DNA of 64,000 nucleotides, taken from the NCBI GenBank assembly GCA_050251945.1, contig JBFWLW010000001.1:1-64000 (forward strand), read 5' to 3'. The notes under the pieces were generated by a model. That model was not told the DNA's origin and ran no database searches. It saw only the letters and a list, made by a program, of their open reading frames with translations. This stretch comes from Deferribacterales bacterium (GTDB lineage Bacteria; Chrysiogenota; Deferribacteres; Deferribacterales; Geovibrionaceae). Of the stretch, positions 8,508 to 18,289 are shown piece after piece; the stretch's first letter is position 1, and each line of letters begins with the position of its first letter. Position numbers and translations under genes: made by a program.

Positions 8508-9452
8508 ATGAGAAACAGACGTATAGTTCAGTTTATCTTTTTTGCATCTTCAATTTATCTCGGCTTTATGTTCATAAGGTTCCTGAACGCCGTTAAAAGT
8601 AGTAATTTCGATGTGACGAAGCCGGGTGGTGTGGAGGCATTTCTGCCGATCAGCGCGCTGGCGGCTCTTAAGAGGTTCATCGCAACCGGAAACTACGACT
8701 GGGTGCATCCCGCGGGGCTCAGCCTGTTCATTATCTTTATAGTTATAAGTTTTCTTTTCCGACGCTCATTCTGCGGCTATGTCTGCCCTGTTGGGTTCGC
8801 GTCCGAACTGGTTTCGCTCATCGGGCGCGGCAAAAGGGTCAACAAGTATGTTGGCTATGTTCTTTCCGTGCTTAAATACGGACTTTTCGTTTTTTTTGCA
8901 TATATAATTCTGATTTCAATGCCTGTTGCGGCGATAGAAGGTTTCCTTAACTCGCCTTACAATAAACTGGCGGATGCGAAGATGCTCGAATTTTTCGTGT
9001 CGCCGGGTGTGACCACAATGGTTTTTGTTGTCGCGATGGTCGCCCTTACGCTCATTTTTAAAGGATTCTGGTGCAAATTTCTCTGTCCGTACGGAGTTTT
9101 TCACTCTGTAATTGCCGCTTTTTCTCCATTTGTCATTAAACGCAATGCTGATGCCTGCGTTAACTGCATGAAATGCACCGAAGCATGCCCCATGGACATT
9201 CAGGTACATAAATCAAAACTTGTGCTTAATCCCGACTGTATCGGATGCCACGACTGCATAGCGGTGCGTCAGAACGAAAAATGCCTTCAGACATGCGGAA
9301 AGGATATTAAATCCGGATACTTACCGTTTGCTGTATTAGGGATTGCTGTGGTGCTGATAGTTGCTGCAATGGCGTTTGGACTGTGGCAGAGCAGGGTTTC
9401 GCCGGCAGAATATGCCTTCTGGCTTTCAAAGCTGGGACAGCTTTCGCATTAA
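8508..9452 (+). CDS. Membrane 4Fe-4S-binding protein (NapH/YccM/RdxA-like)
   Basis: Multiple TM helices; FCGYVCP, WCKFLCP, CVNCMKCTEACP, CIGCHDC. Confidence 0.85.
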   Translation: MRNRRIVQFIFFASSIYLGFMFIRFLNAVKSSNFDVTKPGGVEAFLPISALAALKRFIATGNYDWVHPAGLSLFIIFIVISFLFRRSFCGYVCPVGFASELVSLIGRGKRVNKYVGYVLSVLKYGLFVFFAYIILISMPVAAIEGFLNSPYNKLADAKMLEFFVSPGVTTMVFVVAMVALTLIFKGFWCKFLCPYGVFHSVIAAFSPFVIKRNADACVNCMKCTEACPMDIQVHKSKLVLNPDCIGCHDCIAVRQNEKCLQTCGKDIKSGYLPFAVLGIAVVLIVAAMAFGLWQSRVSPAEYAFWLSKLGQLSH

Positions 9453-9457
9453 AACAG

Positions 9458-9486
9458 TTGTCAAAACTTCATTTAACCTATACATT
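9458..9486 (+). promoter_or_regulatory. rnpB promoter
   Basis: TTGTCA-17-TACATT just upstream of the RNA. Confidence 0.65.
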
Positions 9487-9494
9487 TTATAAGT

Positions 9495-9838
9495 GAAAGA
9501 AGGCCGGACGGTCGTCGGCGCGTTTTCGCGCGGGAGGAAAGTCCGGACACCACAGGGTAGGATGACCGATAACGTCGGTCTGCCGCGAGGCAGGGACAGT
9601 GCCACAGAAAACAAACCGCCGTGTGAAAACACGGTAAGGGTGAAACGGCGGTGTAAGAGACCACCGCGTCTGCGGTAACGCAGACGGCAGGGCAAACCCC
9701 ATCCGGTGCAATGCCAAATAGGCAGACAGTTAAGGATTACCCGTCCTTTGTCTGCGGGTGGGCAGCTTGATCCTGCGGGCAACCGCAGGGCTGGATAAAT
9801 GACCGTCAAAACAGAATCCGGCTTATGGGTCTTCTTTC
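9495..9838 (+). ncRNA. rnpB: RNase P RNA (class A)
   Basis: GAGGAAAGUCCG, GUGCCACAGAAA, GGUGAAACGG...GUAAGAG, GGCAAACCCC, ACAGAAUCCGGCUUA; P1 gaaagaagg/tcttctttc. Confidence 0.97.
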
Positions 9839-9905
9839 CTTTTTTATTGTGAACCAAGGTGTTTATTTTTTAAAAGGTTTTATTTAAAATCATTCTGAAT
9901 ACCCG

Positions 9906-9963
9906 TTGACGGCGAAAAAAAAAACGGTTATATTTGGCTTATTGTATACTGTATACTGTGTAC
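9906..9963 (+). promoter_or_regulatory. Promoter and putative GntR/FadR operator of the tandem gntR genes
   Basis: TTGACG (9906)-17 bp containing A10-TATATT (9929); tandem TGTATAC TGTATAC TGTGTAC at 9943-9963. Confidence 0.65.
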
Positions 9964-9999
9964 TTTTTAAGCAGAGTATTCAGGTAAGGGGTTGGCTGC

Positions 10000-10671
10000 T
10001 TGAATCAGGATGTATTCATTGAAAGCAAGCCGCTGCGGGAAAAGATCGCCGATATAATCAGAACCGACATAATCAAAGGCGTATACCGCAATGGCGAAAG
10101 GTTAGTCGAGCCGAAGCTCGCTAAGAACTTAGGAATCTCCAGAACACCCATAAGAGAGGCGCTGCGCCAGCTTGAGGGCGAGGGATTCATAGAAATTGTA
10201 CCCAGACGCGGTGCCGTGGTCAAGGAACTGACCATTAAAGATATCGACAATCTGTACGCCATCAAGGCAAACCTTGAAGGACTTGCCGCCAGACAGGCAA
10301 CTGTAAACCTTACAAACGAACAGATCGAAATACTTATCGGTATTAACAGAAAATTCAGGGATTATGCCGAAAAAAACCCGGGAATACCTGACGAACACCA
10401 CAAGGACAATATTGACTTTCACAACGTATTCATTGCCGCTTCGGGCAACGAGAAACTGGTGGATATCCTTGACGGTATGTCGAAAAACTTCCAGAGGCTT
10501 AAGAGTATGCTCATGTCCGATGCGGGCAGAGCTGCCAACGCTGTCAAAGAACACAAAAAAATAATAGATGCTTTTATTTCCAAAGATCCCGATCTTGCTG
10601 AAAAAACAGTGCGCGAACATATCATAAGCGGCTGGGAATACCTTAAACAGCGGATCAATAACAACGGCTGA
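10000..10671 (+). CDS. GntR-family regulator (FadR subfamily, FCD domain)
   Basis: LGISRTPIREAL HTH; FH...SGN...EH motifs; TTG start. Confidence 0.92.
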   Translation: MNQDVFIESKPLREKIADIIRTDIIKGVYRNGERLVEPKLAKNLGISRTPIREALRQLEGEGFIEIVPRRGAVVKELTIKDIDNLYAIKANLEGLAARQATVNLTNEQIEILIGINRKFRDYAEKNPGIPDEHHKDNIDFHNVFIAASGNEKLVDILDGMSKNFQRLKSMLMSDAGRAANAVKEHKKIIDAFISKDPDLAEKTVREHIISGWEYLKQRINNNG

Positions 10672-10693
10672 TATTTTATAACGAGGAAAGCCC

Positions 10694-11362
10694 GTGGCTG
10701 CTAAAGACATTAACATCGACAACACTCCGCTCAGTGAAAAAATAGCGACGACTATAAGAAACAGTATCATAAAAGGACAGCTTAAGCCCGGAGAGAGGCT
10801 TGTTGAACCTAAGCTTTCGGAGATGCTCGGCATATCCAGAACGCCAATCAGAGAAGCTTTGCGCCTGCTTGAAATGGAAGGGTTCATTGAGATAATCCCA
10901 AGACGCGGCGCTATTGTCACTACGCTTACCGAGAAAGATATCGACGATATTTTCGTCATTAAGATGAAGCTTGAACCTTTGGCATCGAAACTTGCCATTG
11001 AGCATATCGACAATCACGACCTTGATAAAATGAGAGAACTCGTCAAAAAAATGGATTCAGGTTCTGCCAGAGCCGTTTCACAGATGATCCACTGGAACTA
11101 TGATTTTCACAGAATCTTTATTTATAAATGTGGGAACGAAAGACTTATAAAAATGCTTGAAGGGCTCCAGCAGCAGTTTAAAAGAGCCACCGTATATTCT
11201 TTTACCATTGAGGGGAGAACCAAAGAGGTTAAAGAGGAACACGGCGATCTGCTTGAGGCGTTTGAAAAAAGAGATACTGACATGGTTGAGCGCGTGGTTG
11301 AAAAACACGTTTACAACGGCTGGCAGTTTATCAAAAAACAATACGGTTCTTTACAGGATTAA
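10694..11362 (+). CDS. GntR-family regulator (FadR subfamily), tandem paralogue
   Basis: Near-identical HTH to the upstream gene (ERLVEPKL...ISRTPIREALR); GTG start. Confidence 0.92.
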   Translation: MAAKDINIDNTPLSEKIATTIRNSIIKGQLKPGERLVEPKLSEMLGISRTPIREALRLLEMEGFIEIIPRRGAIVTTLTEKDIDDIFVIKMKLEPLASKLAIEHIDNHDLDKMRELVKKMDSGSARAVSQMIHWNYDFHRIFIYKCGNERLIKMLEGLQQQFKRATVYSFTIEGRTKEVKEEHGDLLEAFEKRDTDMVERVVEKHVYNGWQFIKKQYGSLQD

Positions 11363-11395
11363 GTTTTAGCTGAATCTTTCTTAGGTGGGGTCCTA

Positions 11396-12601
11396 ATGAA
11401 AAAGATCAGTGTCAACGAGCTGCAAATCGGGGACAAAGTGGTCAAGCTGGACAAGGGCTGGTTTGAAACGGGTCTTCTTACACACAAATTTACAGTCAAG
11501 GACAATGCTGTTATTCAGAAACTGAAGGATAACGGCGTTGATCACGTATTTATCGAAAGAGATGAGCTGGAAGCCGCTGTTATTGATATCTTTCAGGGTA
11601 GACCGGAAGAGATCATTGAGCACAAAAAAGAGATCATAAGCAGAAACTACATTGATCTGGACAGGGTTTCGAGCGCCAGAACTCTTTATGTCGAATCCGT
11701 CAAAATAGTTCATAGCGTCCTCGGTGACATCCGTTCGGGAAAAATGTTCAACGAAAACGCCGTCAAGAGCGTAGCGTCAAACATTGCCGAGATAACTCTT
11801 AAAAACAGAGGGGTCATGGCAAGCATGTCAAAACTTAAGCATCATGATGACTATACCTTTCTTCACTCCATGAACGTCAGCATTTTCGCATCCAGCCTGG
11901 CGGCACATCTGGGGATGAGCCAAAAGGAGGTTGAGCGCATCGCGCAGGCGGGACTTCTGCACGATGTTGGAAAGATGCTTGTTCCCGCAGAGATACTGAA
12001 CAAACCGGGAAAGCTTTCGGAAGAAGAGTTTAAAACAATGAAAAGCCACGTTATCCTCGGGTATGAATATCTTGTCAGACAGGGACTTCCGAAGGAGATG
12101 CTTAATCTTGCTTTGCAGCATCACGAAAGATATGACGGTTCCGGTTACCCGCAGGGGCTCAAGGATGCTCAGATATCCGTTGAGGGCAAAATTGGAGCGG
12201 TTGTTGACATATATGACGCCATAACCAGCGACAGATGCTACCACAAGGGAATGGAGCCTCCCGCCGCGCTGAAGCTGATGTTTAAGTGGACAGACAGCCA
12301 CATAAACAAGAAAATATTCGAGTTCTTTGTGATGAACGTCGGGATATACCCCGTCGGTTCGCTGGTGTTGCTGGACACGAACGAGCTTGCTGTCGTGGGC
12401 AGAATGAATACAGTTCGTCCAACAGAGCCTGCTGTTCTGGTCTTTATGGACAAAGCCGGCAGAAGAGTGCCTGTTCAGATGATCGATCTGGCAAAAAATG
12501 TTTTGCATAAAAAGAAAATTCTGGGTCCTGTGAATCCGGAGAATATAAATATTCCCGATGAGGTCTATTCTTTCATTGAAGGGATGAACGAAATAAAATA
12601 A
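11396..12601 (+). CDS. HD-GYP cyclic dinucleotide phosphodiesterase with DUF3391-like N-terminus
   Basis: HS..V, LHDVGK, HHERYDGSGYP, VDIYDA, GIYPVGS. Confidence 0.9.
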   Translation: MKKISVNELQIGDKVVKLDKGWFETGLLTHKFTVKDNAVIQKLKDNGVDHVFIERDELEAAVIDIFQGRPEEIIEHKKEIISRNYIDLDRVSSARTLYVESVKIVHSVLGDIRSGKMFNENAVKSVASNIAEITLKNRGVMASMSKLKHHDDYTFLHSMNVSIFASSLAAHLGMSQKEVERIAQAGLLHDVGKMLVPAEILNKPGKLSEEEFKTMKSHVILGYEYLVRQGLPKEMLNLALQHHERYDGSGYPQGLKDAQISVEGKIGAVVDIYDAITSDRCYHKGMEPPAALKLMFKWTDSHINKKIFEFFVMNVGIYPVGSLVLLDTNELAVVGRMNTVRPTEPAVLVFMDKAGRRVPVQMIDLAKNVLHKKKILGPVNPENINIPDEVYSFIEGMNEIK

Positions 12602-12793
12602 TAAACATACGTATTCTATTGGTGGAATGTGAAAATTTGGGTTATTCAGAAAAAATAGGGATAATGAAAATAAATTGAATAAATTTATTGAACTATTTTC
12701 GATTCCATTTATCTTTGAAGTATAATCGAAAACGTAACAGTAACAATCCTTGAGCGAAAGCTCTTTGTATATCCCCTGTAGGTTCTAAGAAAT

Positions 12794-12825
12794 AAAAAAG
12801 GCAGACTTCTCCGGTCTGCCTTTTT
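12794..12825. terminator. Bidirectional intrinsic terminator
   Basis: aaaaaaggcagac-ttctccg-gtctgccttttt between convergent genes. Confidence 0.85.
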
Positions 12826-12829
12826 GCAT

Positions 12830-14269
12830 TTACAGGTTTCTTATCTTTTTCGCTCTGTAGATGGTGCCTTCTATTGTATCCAAAAGCTCAATCCCTTGCT
12901 CTTTCAGACCGTTGCGAATCTCATCCGCTTTTGCGAAATCTTTATTCTTTTTGGCTTCCGTGCGCTGAGCTATCATGTTTTCAAGCTCCTCTTCGGGTAT
13001 TGAGAGGTTCAGCCTGAACCATTCGGAAGGGGTATAGGTTATTATGCCCAGAACGGACGCCATTATTGCAAAAACCTTTTCACAGGCTTCTTTAAGCACT
13101 GCAAAGCTGTTTTTCTCCGGTTTTGCCGCAAGAAGCCTGTTGAACTCGCGCACGGCCTCAAAAAGTGCCGCGAGTACCTCCGGAGTATTGAAATCGTCGT
13201 CCATGGCGTCGCTGAACTTTTCCATGAAAACGTCGGATGTCTTCATTGCCTCCGCAGCAACGTCAACGCCTTTCTTGCCTGCGTTGAATCTGTTAAGCTC
13301 GTCCAGCATGGTGTATATTCTGTCCAGAGAGCGTTCCGCTTCCAGCAGGTGATCCTGAGAGAAGTCCAGAGAGCTTCTGTAATGTGTTGTCAGAAGGAAG
13401 AAGCGCACTATCTCGGGGTTGAATTCCTCAAGTACGGTTCTGATCGTGAAGAAGTTGCCCAGTGATTTGGACATCTTTTCCTGATTTACGTTTACGAATC
13501 CGTTGTGTATCCAGTATTTAGCGAATTCGCATCCGCAGGCTGCCTCAGACTGTGCTATCTCGTTTTCGTGGTGAGGGAACACAAGGTCGCGCCCTCCGCC
13601 ATGTATGTCGAACGGCAGACCGAGGATATCCTCGCTCATGACGCTGCATTCAATGTGCCATCCGGGGCGTCCGGAACCCCACGGGCTTTTCCAGCTCGGT
13701 TCGCCGGGTTTTGAAGCTTTCCAGAGAACGAAGTCGAAGGGATTTTCTTTATTGTCGTTGACCTCAATGCGAGCGCCTGCCATCATATCGTCAAGTTTGC
13801 GGTGCGAGAGTTTGCCGTAATCCTCAAACTTCTGCACACGGTAGTAGATGTCTCCGTTTGATTCGTAGGCGAAGCCTTTTTCGATGAGCGTTTCGCACAT
13901 CTCTATCATTTTGCCGATGTAGTCCGTCGCCTTCGGTGTGAAGTCGGGGCGTATGATGTTCAGCGCATCCATATCGGCGTCGTGTTCTTTTATAAATCTG
14001 TCCGTAAGCTCCGTCCAGAGGATGTTCTGTTCGTTGCTCCGTTTGATGATCTTGTCGTCTATGTCGGTGAAGTTCTTAACGAAAATTACTTCGTAGCCTT
14101 TGTGGATCAGATATCTGCGGATAACGTCGAAAACGGTGGAGCTTCTGGCATGTCCGATGTGACAGAAGTCGTAAACCGTCACCCCGCAGACGTACATCTT
14201 CACTTTTTTATCTTCAATTGATTTAAAAACTTCTTTTTGTCCTGTGAGCGTGTTGTAAACGGTCAGCAT
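12830..14269 (-). CDS. cysS: Cysteine--tRNA ligase
   Basis: MYVCGVTVYD, HIGH, GRPGWHIEC, KMSKS. Confidence 0.98.
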   Translation of the reverse strand: MLTVYNTLTGQKEVFKSIEDKKVKMYVCGVTVYDFCHIGHARSSTVFDVIRRYLIHKGYEVIFVKNFTDIDDKIIKRSNEQNILWTELTDRFIKEHDADMDALNIIRPDFTPKATDYIGKMIEMCETLIEKGFAYESNGDIYYRVQKFEDYGKLSHRKLDDMMAGARIEVNDNKENPFDFVLWKASKPGEPSWKSPWGSGRPGWHIECSVMSEDILGLPFDIHGGGRDLVFPHHENEIAQSEAACGCEFAKYWIHNGFVNVNQEKMSKSLGNFFTIRTVLEEFNPEIVRFFLLTTHYRSSLDFSQDHLLEAERSLDRIYTMLDELNRFNAGKKGVDVAAEAMKTSDVFMEKFSDAMDDDFNTPEVLAALFEAVREFNRLLAAKPEKNSFAVLKEACEKVFAIMASVLGIITYTPSEWFRLNLSIPEEELENMIAQRTEAKKNKDFAKADEIRNGLKEQGIELLDTIEGTIYRAKKIRNL

Positions 14270-15048
14270 TATTCACCCTTGCTGGCGGCAATGAGCCGCT
14301 TTGTATATTCCTGTTTCGGGCTCTCAAGAACTTCCTGAGCCGTCCCGTATTCCACAGCCTGTCCTTTGTTCATGACCAGTATGTCGTCACAGAGGAAAGA
14401 GACCACGGCAAGGTCATGTGATATTAAAATAAACGTCAGGCTGTTTTCAAGTTTTAATTTTTTCATCAGGTTCAGAATCTGCGACTGGACTGATACGTCA
14501 AGGGAGCTGACGGGTTCGTCAGCAACGATTATCTCAGGGTTAAGAGAGAGTGCGCGCGCTATGGAGAGCCTCTGGCGCTGTCCGCCTGAAAATTCGTGCG
14601 GGTATCTGTCGAGATATTCGCTGTCCAGTCCAACCATTGAAAGGTAATTTTCACACACCTTACGCACGTCCTGTTTGCCTGAATATTTTATTATGGCATC
14701 CTTCATGGACGAAAAGATGGTCAGCTTGGGGTTAAGGCTCAGATATGGATCCTGAAACACCATCTGGATGTTTCTGCGGTACTCTGCGTAGTCTTTTCCG
14801 AGGGCGTGGATGTCTTTGCCCTTATAAAGCACTTCGCCACTGTCCTGTTTGATTATTCCGGTCACTATTTTTGCCAGAGTTGTCTTACCGCTGCCGGATT
14901 CACCCACTATGCCCAGCGAGCGTCCTTTTGTTACGGAAAGGCTGATGCTGTCCACAGCCTTTATGATAGTAGAAGAGCCTTTGAAGATTCCCTCAAAGGC
15001 TCTGTATTGTTTGGTTAAGTTATTGATCTGTAATAATTCGCTATTCAA
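14269..15048 (-). CDS. Peptide/nickel ABC transporter ATP-binding protein (OppF/DppF-like)
   Basis: GESGSGKT, QMVFQDP, FSGGQRQR, ADEPVSSLD, ISHD. Confidence 0.9.
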   Translation of the reverse strand: MNSELLQINNLTKQYRAFEGIFKGSSTIIKAVDSISLSVTKGRSLGIVGESGSGKTTLAKIVTGIIKQDSGEVLYKGKDIHALGKDYAEYRRNIQMVFQDPYLSLNPKLTIFSSMKDAIIKYSGKQDVRKVCENYLSMVGLDSEYLDRYPHEFSGGQRQRLSIARALSLNPEIIVADEPVSSLDVSVQSQILNLMKKLKLENSLTFILISHDLAVVSFLCDDILVMNKGQAVEYGTAQEVLESPKQEYTKRLIAASKGE

Positions 15049-15050
15049 AT

Positions 15051-17015
15051 CTACACCTTGAACTGAGCCGTATTCTCCTTTAACTGGTGCGCCAGTTCAC
15101 CTATTTTGTTAGAGAACTGACTGACCTCATCTACTATAACCTTATTATCGGCTGATGCAATACTAACATTTGTCACTGTTGAGGTAATATTATTTATGGC
15201 GTTGGACTGCTGTTCAATTATGGTCAGAATGGGTTCAACGCTTGCCGCCGCCTTTTGCATCTGGCTTACGACCTCTTCAAAGCTCGTTCCCACGATGTTT
15301 ATCGCCTCGGAACTGCTGTTCACGTCCTCAATTCCGGTATTTATCTTCGTCACTACGTCCGTGACGTTCTTCTGTATGGAACCCACCATGCCGGATATCT
15401 CCTGAGTGGATGTACTTGTTTTTTCCGCCAGTTTGCGCACCTCGTCCGCGACAACGGCGAATCCTCTGCCTGCTTCCCCGGCTCTCGCAGCCTCGATTGC
15501 AGCGTTCAGCGCGAGCATGTTCGTCTGTTCGGCTATTTCAACTATGATACTGACTATGTTTGTTATCTGCTGGCTGGCGGTCTTGAGATCGCTGAGATTC
15601 TCTGATACTGCCGTGAGCCCCGCCGCAACGTTATTCACCTGATCTATGGATTGTATCAGTCTGGAGTTGCCCTCCAGAACTTTGTTTCTGGCGTTATGCA
15701 CTTCGCTGATGCCGTTTTGTACGCTGTCTATGATGTTTGACGTAGATGAAGAAAGCTCTTCCGCGGCGGAAGCCACCGCCGACATCTCCATGCTGGTGTT
15801 GTTCAGGTTATCGTTCATTTGCGCCATAAGCGCCACTGTCTGATCGCTTGTAGTATTCAGATAGCCGGTACCGTCTTTTATGTTGTGGACAAGTTCGTAA
15901 AGATTGGACTTCATTCCGTTGATGGAATCTGTCAGGTCGCCGAACTCATCCTTGGATGTTTTGTTGATGTCAGGGCAGGTGAGGTCGCCTCTCTTTATGC
16001 AATCCGCCACTTTCATGATGCTCACCAGAGGGGTTGTTATCTTTGTGGCAGAGAACAGACCCACAAGTACCGCAAGGACAAGTATAACGCCAAGCATTAT
16101 GAACGTTGTGCTGGTTACACGGCTTGATATCGCAGATACTTCTTTGATACCGCTGTCCATCTGGTTTTTCGCGGCGGTTTCCACCGTGTCCAGCATGGTT
16201 TCGGTGGCGGTCACCGTCTTTTCAAGCTCCGTTATCTGGCTGAAAAGACTCTGTTCAAGATGCAGAGCTTTAATCCGTATCTCCTGTATCCTGCCTGCCG
16301 CCTCGTCCATCTCTTTGGTTGCACCGATAAGCAGCTTCATCCTGTCTTTAACGAATGCATTGCCTATGGATGCAGACATGGTGTTCGTTCTGTCTGCAAG
16401 GTTCTTGTTGAACCCGCGCAGGGAGTAAACTCCCTCCTCAACGTCAACGTCGTCTGCTGATGTCATAAGCTCTGAGATGTAAACCTTTATCTCAAGCGGT
16501 TCCTCCATCATCCTTTCAAGATATGCCGTGTTTCCGCCTGATTTTTTCAGCTCGTTCATGCTCACTGTAATAAGACCTTTTTGTTTGCGGAAAATGGAAT
16601 CCATATCGTCGAAAAGAAGCATCATTTCGTCGTGAACCTTGATGTACTCTTTTTTTGTTCTGAGAAATTCGTCGGACTTCGCTTTGAGCTCATGCCCCAT
16701 TTTGTCGAGTCCTTTGGAGTCTTCAACCCGATCGACAGCTTTGTCAATGTTTTCAAAACTTTTCGTGTTTTGCTGTTCAAAACGTTCTATCTCTTTGATG
16801 TCGGTTGTGTTTATAGCACTCTTGAGCGCAATGACAACATTCTTGAATTCATTGTTGATGGTGCCGGACGCTTCCTTATCAGCAAGAATAGTGTTAAGGT
16901 TTGAACTGATGAACCCGTTCACTTTACTGCTGGAAGAGATGAAGGAGAGAGACAGGATAACAATAAAAGCGGACACAAGGAGATAGGACAGAATCAATTT
17001 TACTTTAATACTCAT
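15051..17015 (-). CDS. Methyl-accepting chemotaxis protein
   Basis: Two TM helices, periplasmic helical domain, [38 protein letters not shown]. Confidence 0.96.
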   Translation of the reverse strand: MSIKVKLILSYLLVSAFIVILSLSFISSSSKVNGFISSNLNTILADKEASGTINNEFKNVVIALKSAINTTDIKEIERFEQQNTKSFENIDKAVDRVEDSKGLDKMGHELKAKSDEFLRTKKEYIKVHDEMMLLFDDMDSIFRKQKGLITVSMNELKKSGGNTAYLERMMEEPLEIKVYISELMTSADDVDVEEGVYSLRGFNKNLADRTNTMSASIGNAFVKDRMKLLIGATKEMDEAAGRIQEIRIKALHLEQSLFSQITELEKTVTATETMLDTVETAAKNQMDSGIKEVSAISSRVTSTTFIMLGVILVLAVLVGLFSATKITTPLVSIMKVADCIKRGDLTCPDINKTSKDEFGDLTDSINGMKSNLYELVHNIKDGTGYLNTTSDQTVALMAQMNDNLNNTSMEMSAVASAAEELSSSTSNIIDSVQNGISEVHNARNKVLEGNSRLIQSIDQVNNVAAGLTAVSENLSDLKTASQQITNIVSIIVEIAEQTNMLALNAAIEAARAGEAGRGFAVVADEVRKLAEKTSTSTQEISGMVGSIQKNVTDVVTKINTGIEDVNSSSEAINIVGTSFEEVVSQMQKAAASVEPILTIIEQQSNAINNITSTVTNVSIASADNKVIVDEVSQFSNKIGELAHQLKENTAQFKV

Positions 17016-17168
17016 TTAAGCCCCACATATTTCGTTCTATCCAATTTAATATATAAATAATTATATCGATATCTGATTATAACATAAATTTCAAATTTGT
17101 TTTATAAATATTGAAATAAATTGTGTTTTATTGTAGAACCAAAGTCATTAATACATAAGGAATTTGAT

Positions 17169-17642
17169 ATGGCAAAAGTACAGCTGACAGAGAATTTTGA
17201 ACAAATGCATGATATCTATAAGAAAAAACATGGAAACCAGCGATTGTTCAGATCGATGCGTTATAAAAACAGTAACGAGCCTGTTTTTTATATCGGCGTC
17301 CCCGGGCTTTTCATAGCGATAGCCATTTCGCTGATAACTGTTATAACGGTATACCTGCTGTATCAGTCTTTCAAATGGTACATATGGGTTCCGTACATAA
17401 TTTTTGCATTTTTCCTTTTCAGGATATCTATAAAGATGGACAAGGTGCGTCAGGTGCGTTTTATGCTCTGGTCACTGCTGGACATGGCGAAACAGAGGAT
17501 TGAAAAGGCAAACGAATCCGAAGGGGAGGAGCTGAGGAGCAATCTTGTGAAGGCAAAAGAATTTCTTGAGAAGGCTCACCAGTTTACCGACGAGGTAGCT
17601 ATTCCTGAACAGATAGCTGAGATAGACAGAGAAATGATATAA
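17169..17642 (+). CDS. Hypothetical membrane protein (2 TM)
   Basis: ORF behind AAGGA SD, hydrophobic hairpin, followed by terminator. Confidence 0.75.
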   Translation: MAKVQLTENFEQMHDIYKKKHGNQRLFRSMRYKNSNEPVFYIGVPGLFIAIAISLITVITVYLLYQSFKWYIWVPYIIFAFFLFRISIKMDKVRQVRFMLWSLLDMAKQRIEKANESEGEELRSNLVKAKEFLEKAHQFTDEVAIPEQIAEIDREMI

Positions 17643-17665
17643 AAAAACCCGCCGAAAGGCGGGTT

Positions 17666-17806
17666 CAGACTGATGACAAAGTCAGTAAAATGTGAGATCG
17701 CGTCGTCGCATGCGCTCCTCGCGAAGACAAAAAAACGTCTCTGCGAGGGTTTTAACCCGAAGCAGTCTAATGAGAGTCCGGGTAAATTTAGTTTGTCAAC
17801 AACCTG
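17666..17806 (+). mobile_element. Terminator-targeting MITE, complete copy (141 bp)
   Basis: TIRs cagactgatgacaaa / tttgtcaacaacctg (12/15 match); exact 20-bp direct repeat of hairpin aacccgccgaaaggcgggtt at 17646-17665 and 17807-17826. Confidence 0.88.
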
Positions 17807-17856
17807 AACCCGCCGAAAGGCGGGTTAATTTTTCCCTTATGCGTGAAGCAATCGGA

Positions 17857-18204
17857 TTACTTGTGGCATTTTGTGCAGGATTTGCCTTGAGGTACCTTTT
17901 TAGCAACGTGGCAAGCCCAGCAGAAATCGTCGTGTGCAGCGTTTTTCATACCCTTGATACCTTTAAGTTCAAGAGCTGCGCCGGTTTTCTGATTTTTCAG
18001 AGCTCCGCCTTTGTCACTTGTGTGGCAATCAACACACTGAAGTTTAGACTGGTGTGTGGCGTGGGGGAACTGAACTGCTTTCTTAGTGGGAGCAGCAACT
18101 TCAAATTTCTGCGCAAGGTCGATAGTAGCGGGACCTGTAGCAGCTGCATAGGCAACAAGTGCGAACGCGAATACAACCATCATTGAAATGATAACTTTTT
18201 TCAT
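17857..18204 (-). CDS. Periplasmic triheme cytochrome c (c7/PpcA-like, c3 superfamily)
   Basis: Signal peptide; VQFPHATH; CVDCH, CWACH, CTKCH; promoter TTGACA-17-TAATAT at 18261-18233. Confidence 0.88.
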   Translation of the reverse strand: MKKVIISMMVVFAFALVAYAAATGPATIDLAQKFEVAAPTKKAVQFPHATHQSKLQCVDCHTSDKGGALKNQKTGAALELKGIKGMKNAAHDDFCWACHVAKKVPQGKSCTKCHK

Positions 18205-18289
18205 GATGTCTCCTCTCGATAAAAGTTTGGCAATATTAATCCCGTCTAAAGAAACTGTCAATAACCGATATTGATGATTTACAACATTT

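Noticed and set aside
9426..9857. ORFs overlapping 9495-9838
   Set aside because: The region is RNase P RNA.
17692..18186. 164-aa plus-strand ORF
   Set aside because: Starts inside the MITE and runs antisense to the cytochrome; no recognisable protein features.
18271..18284. FNR-like TTGAT-N4-TACAA upstream of the cytochrome
   Set aside because: Only 8/10 match and centred near -51, not a canonical activator position.
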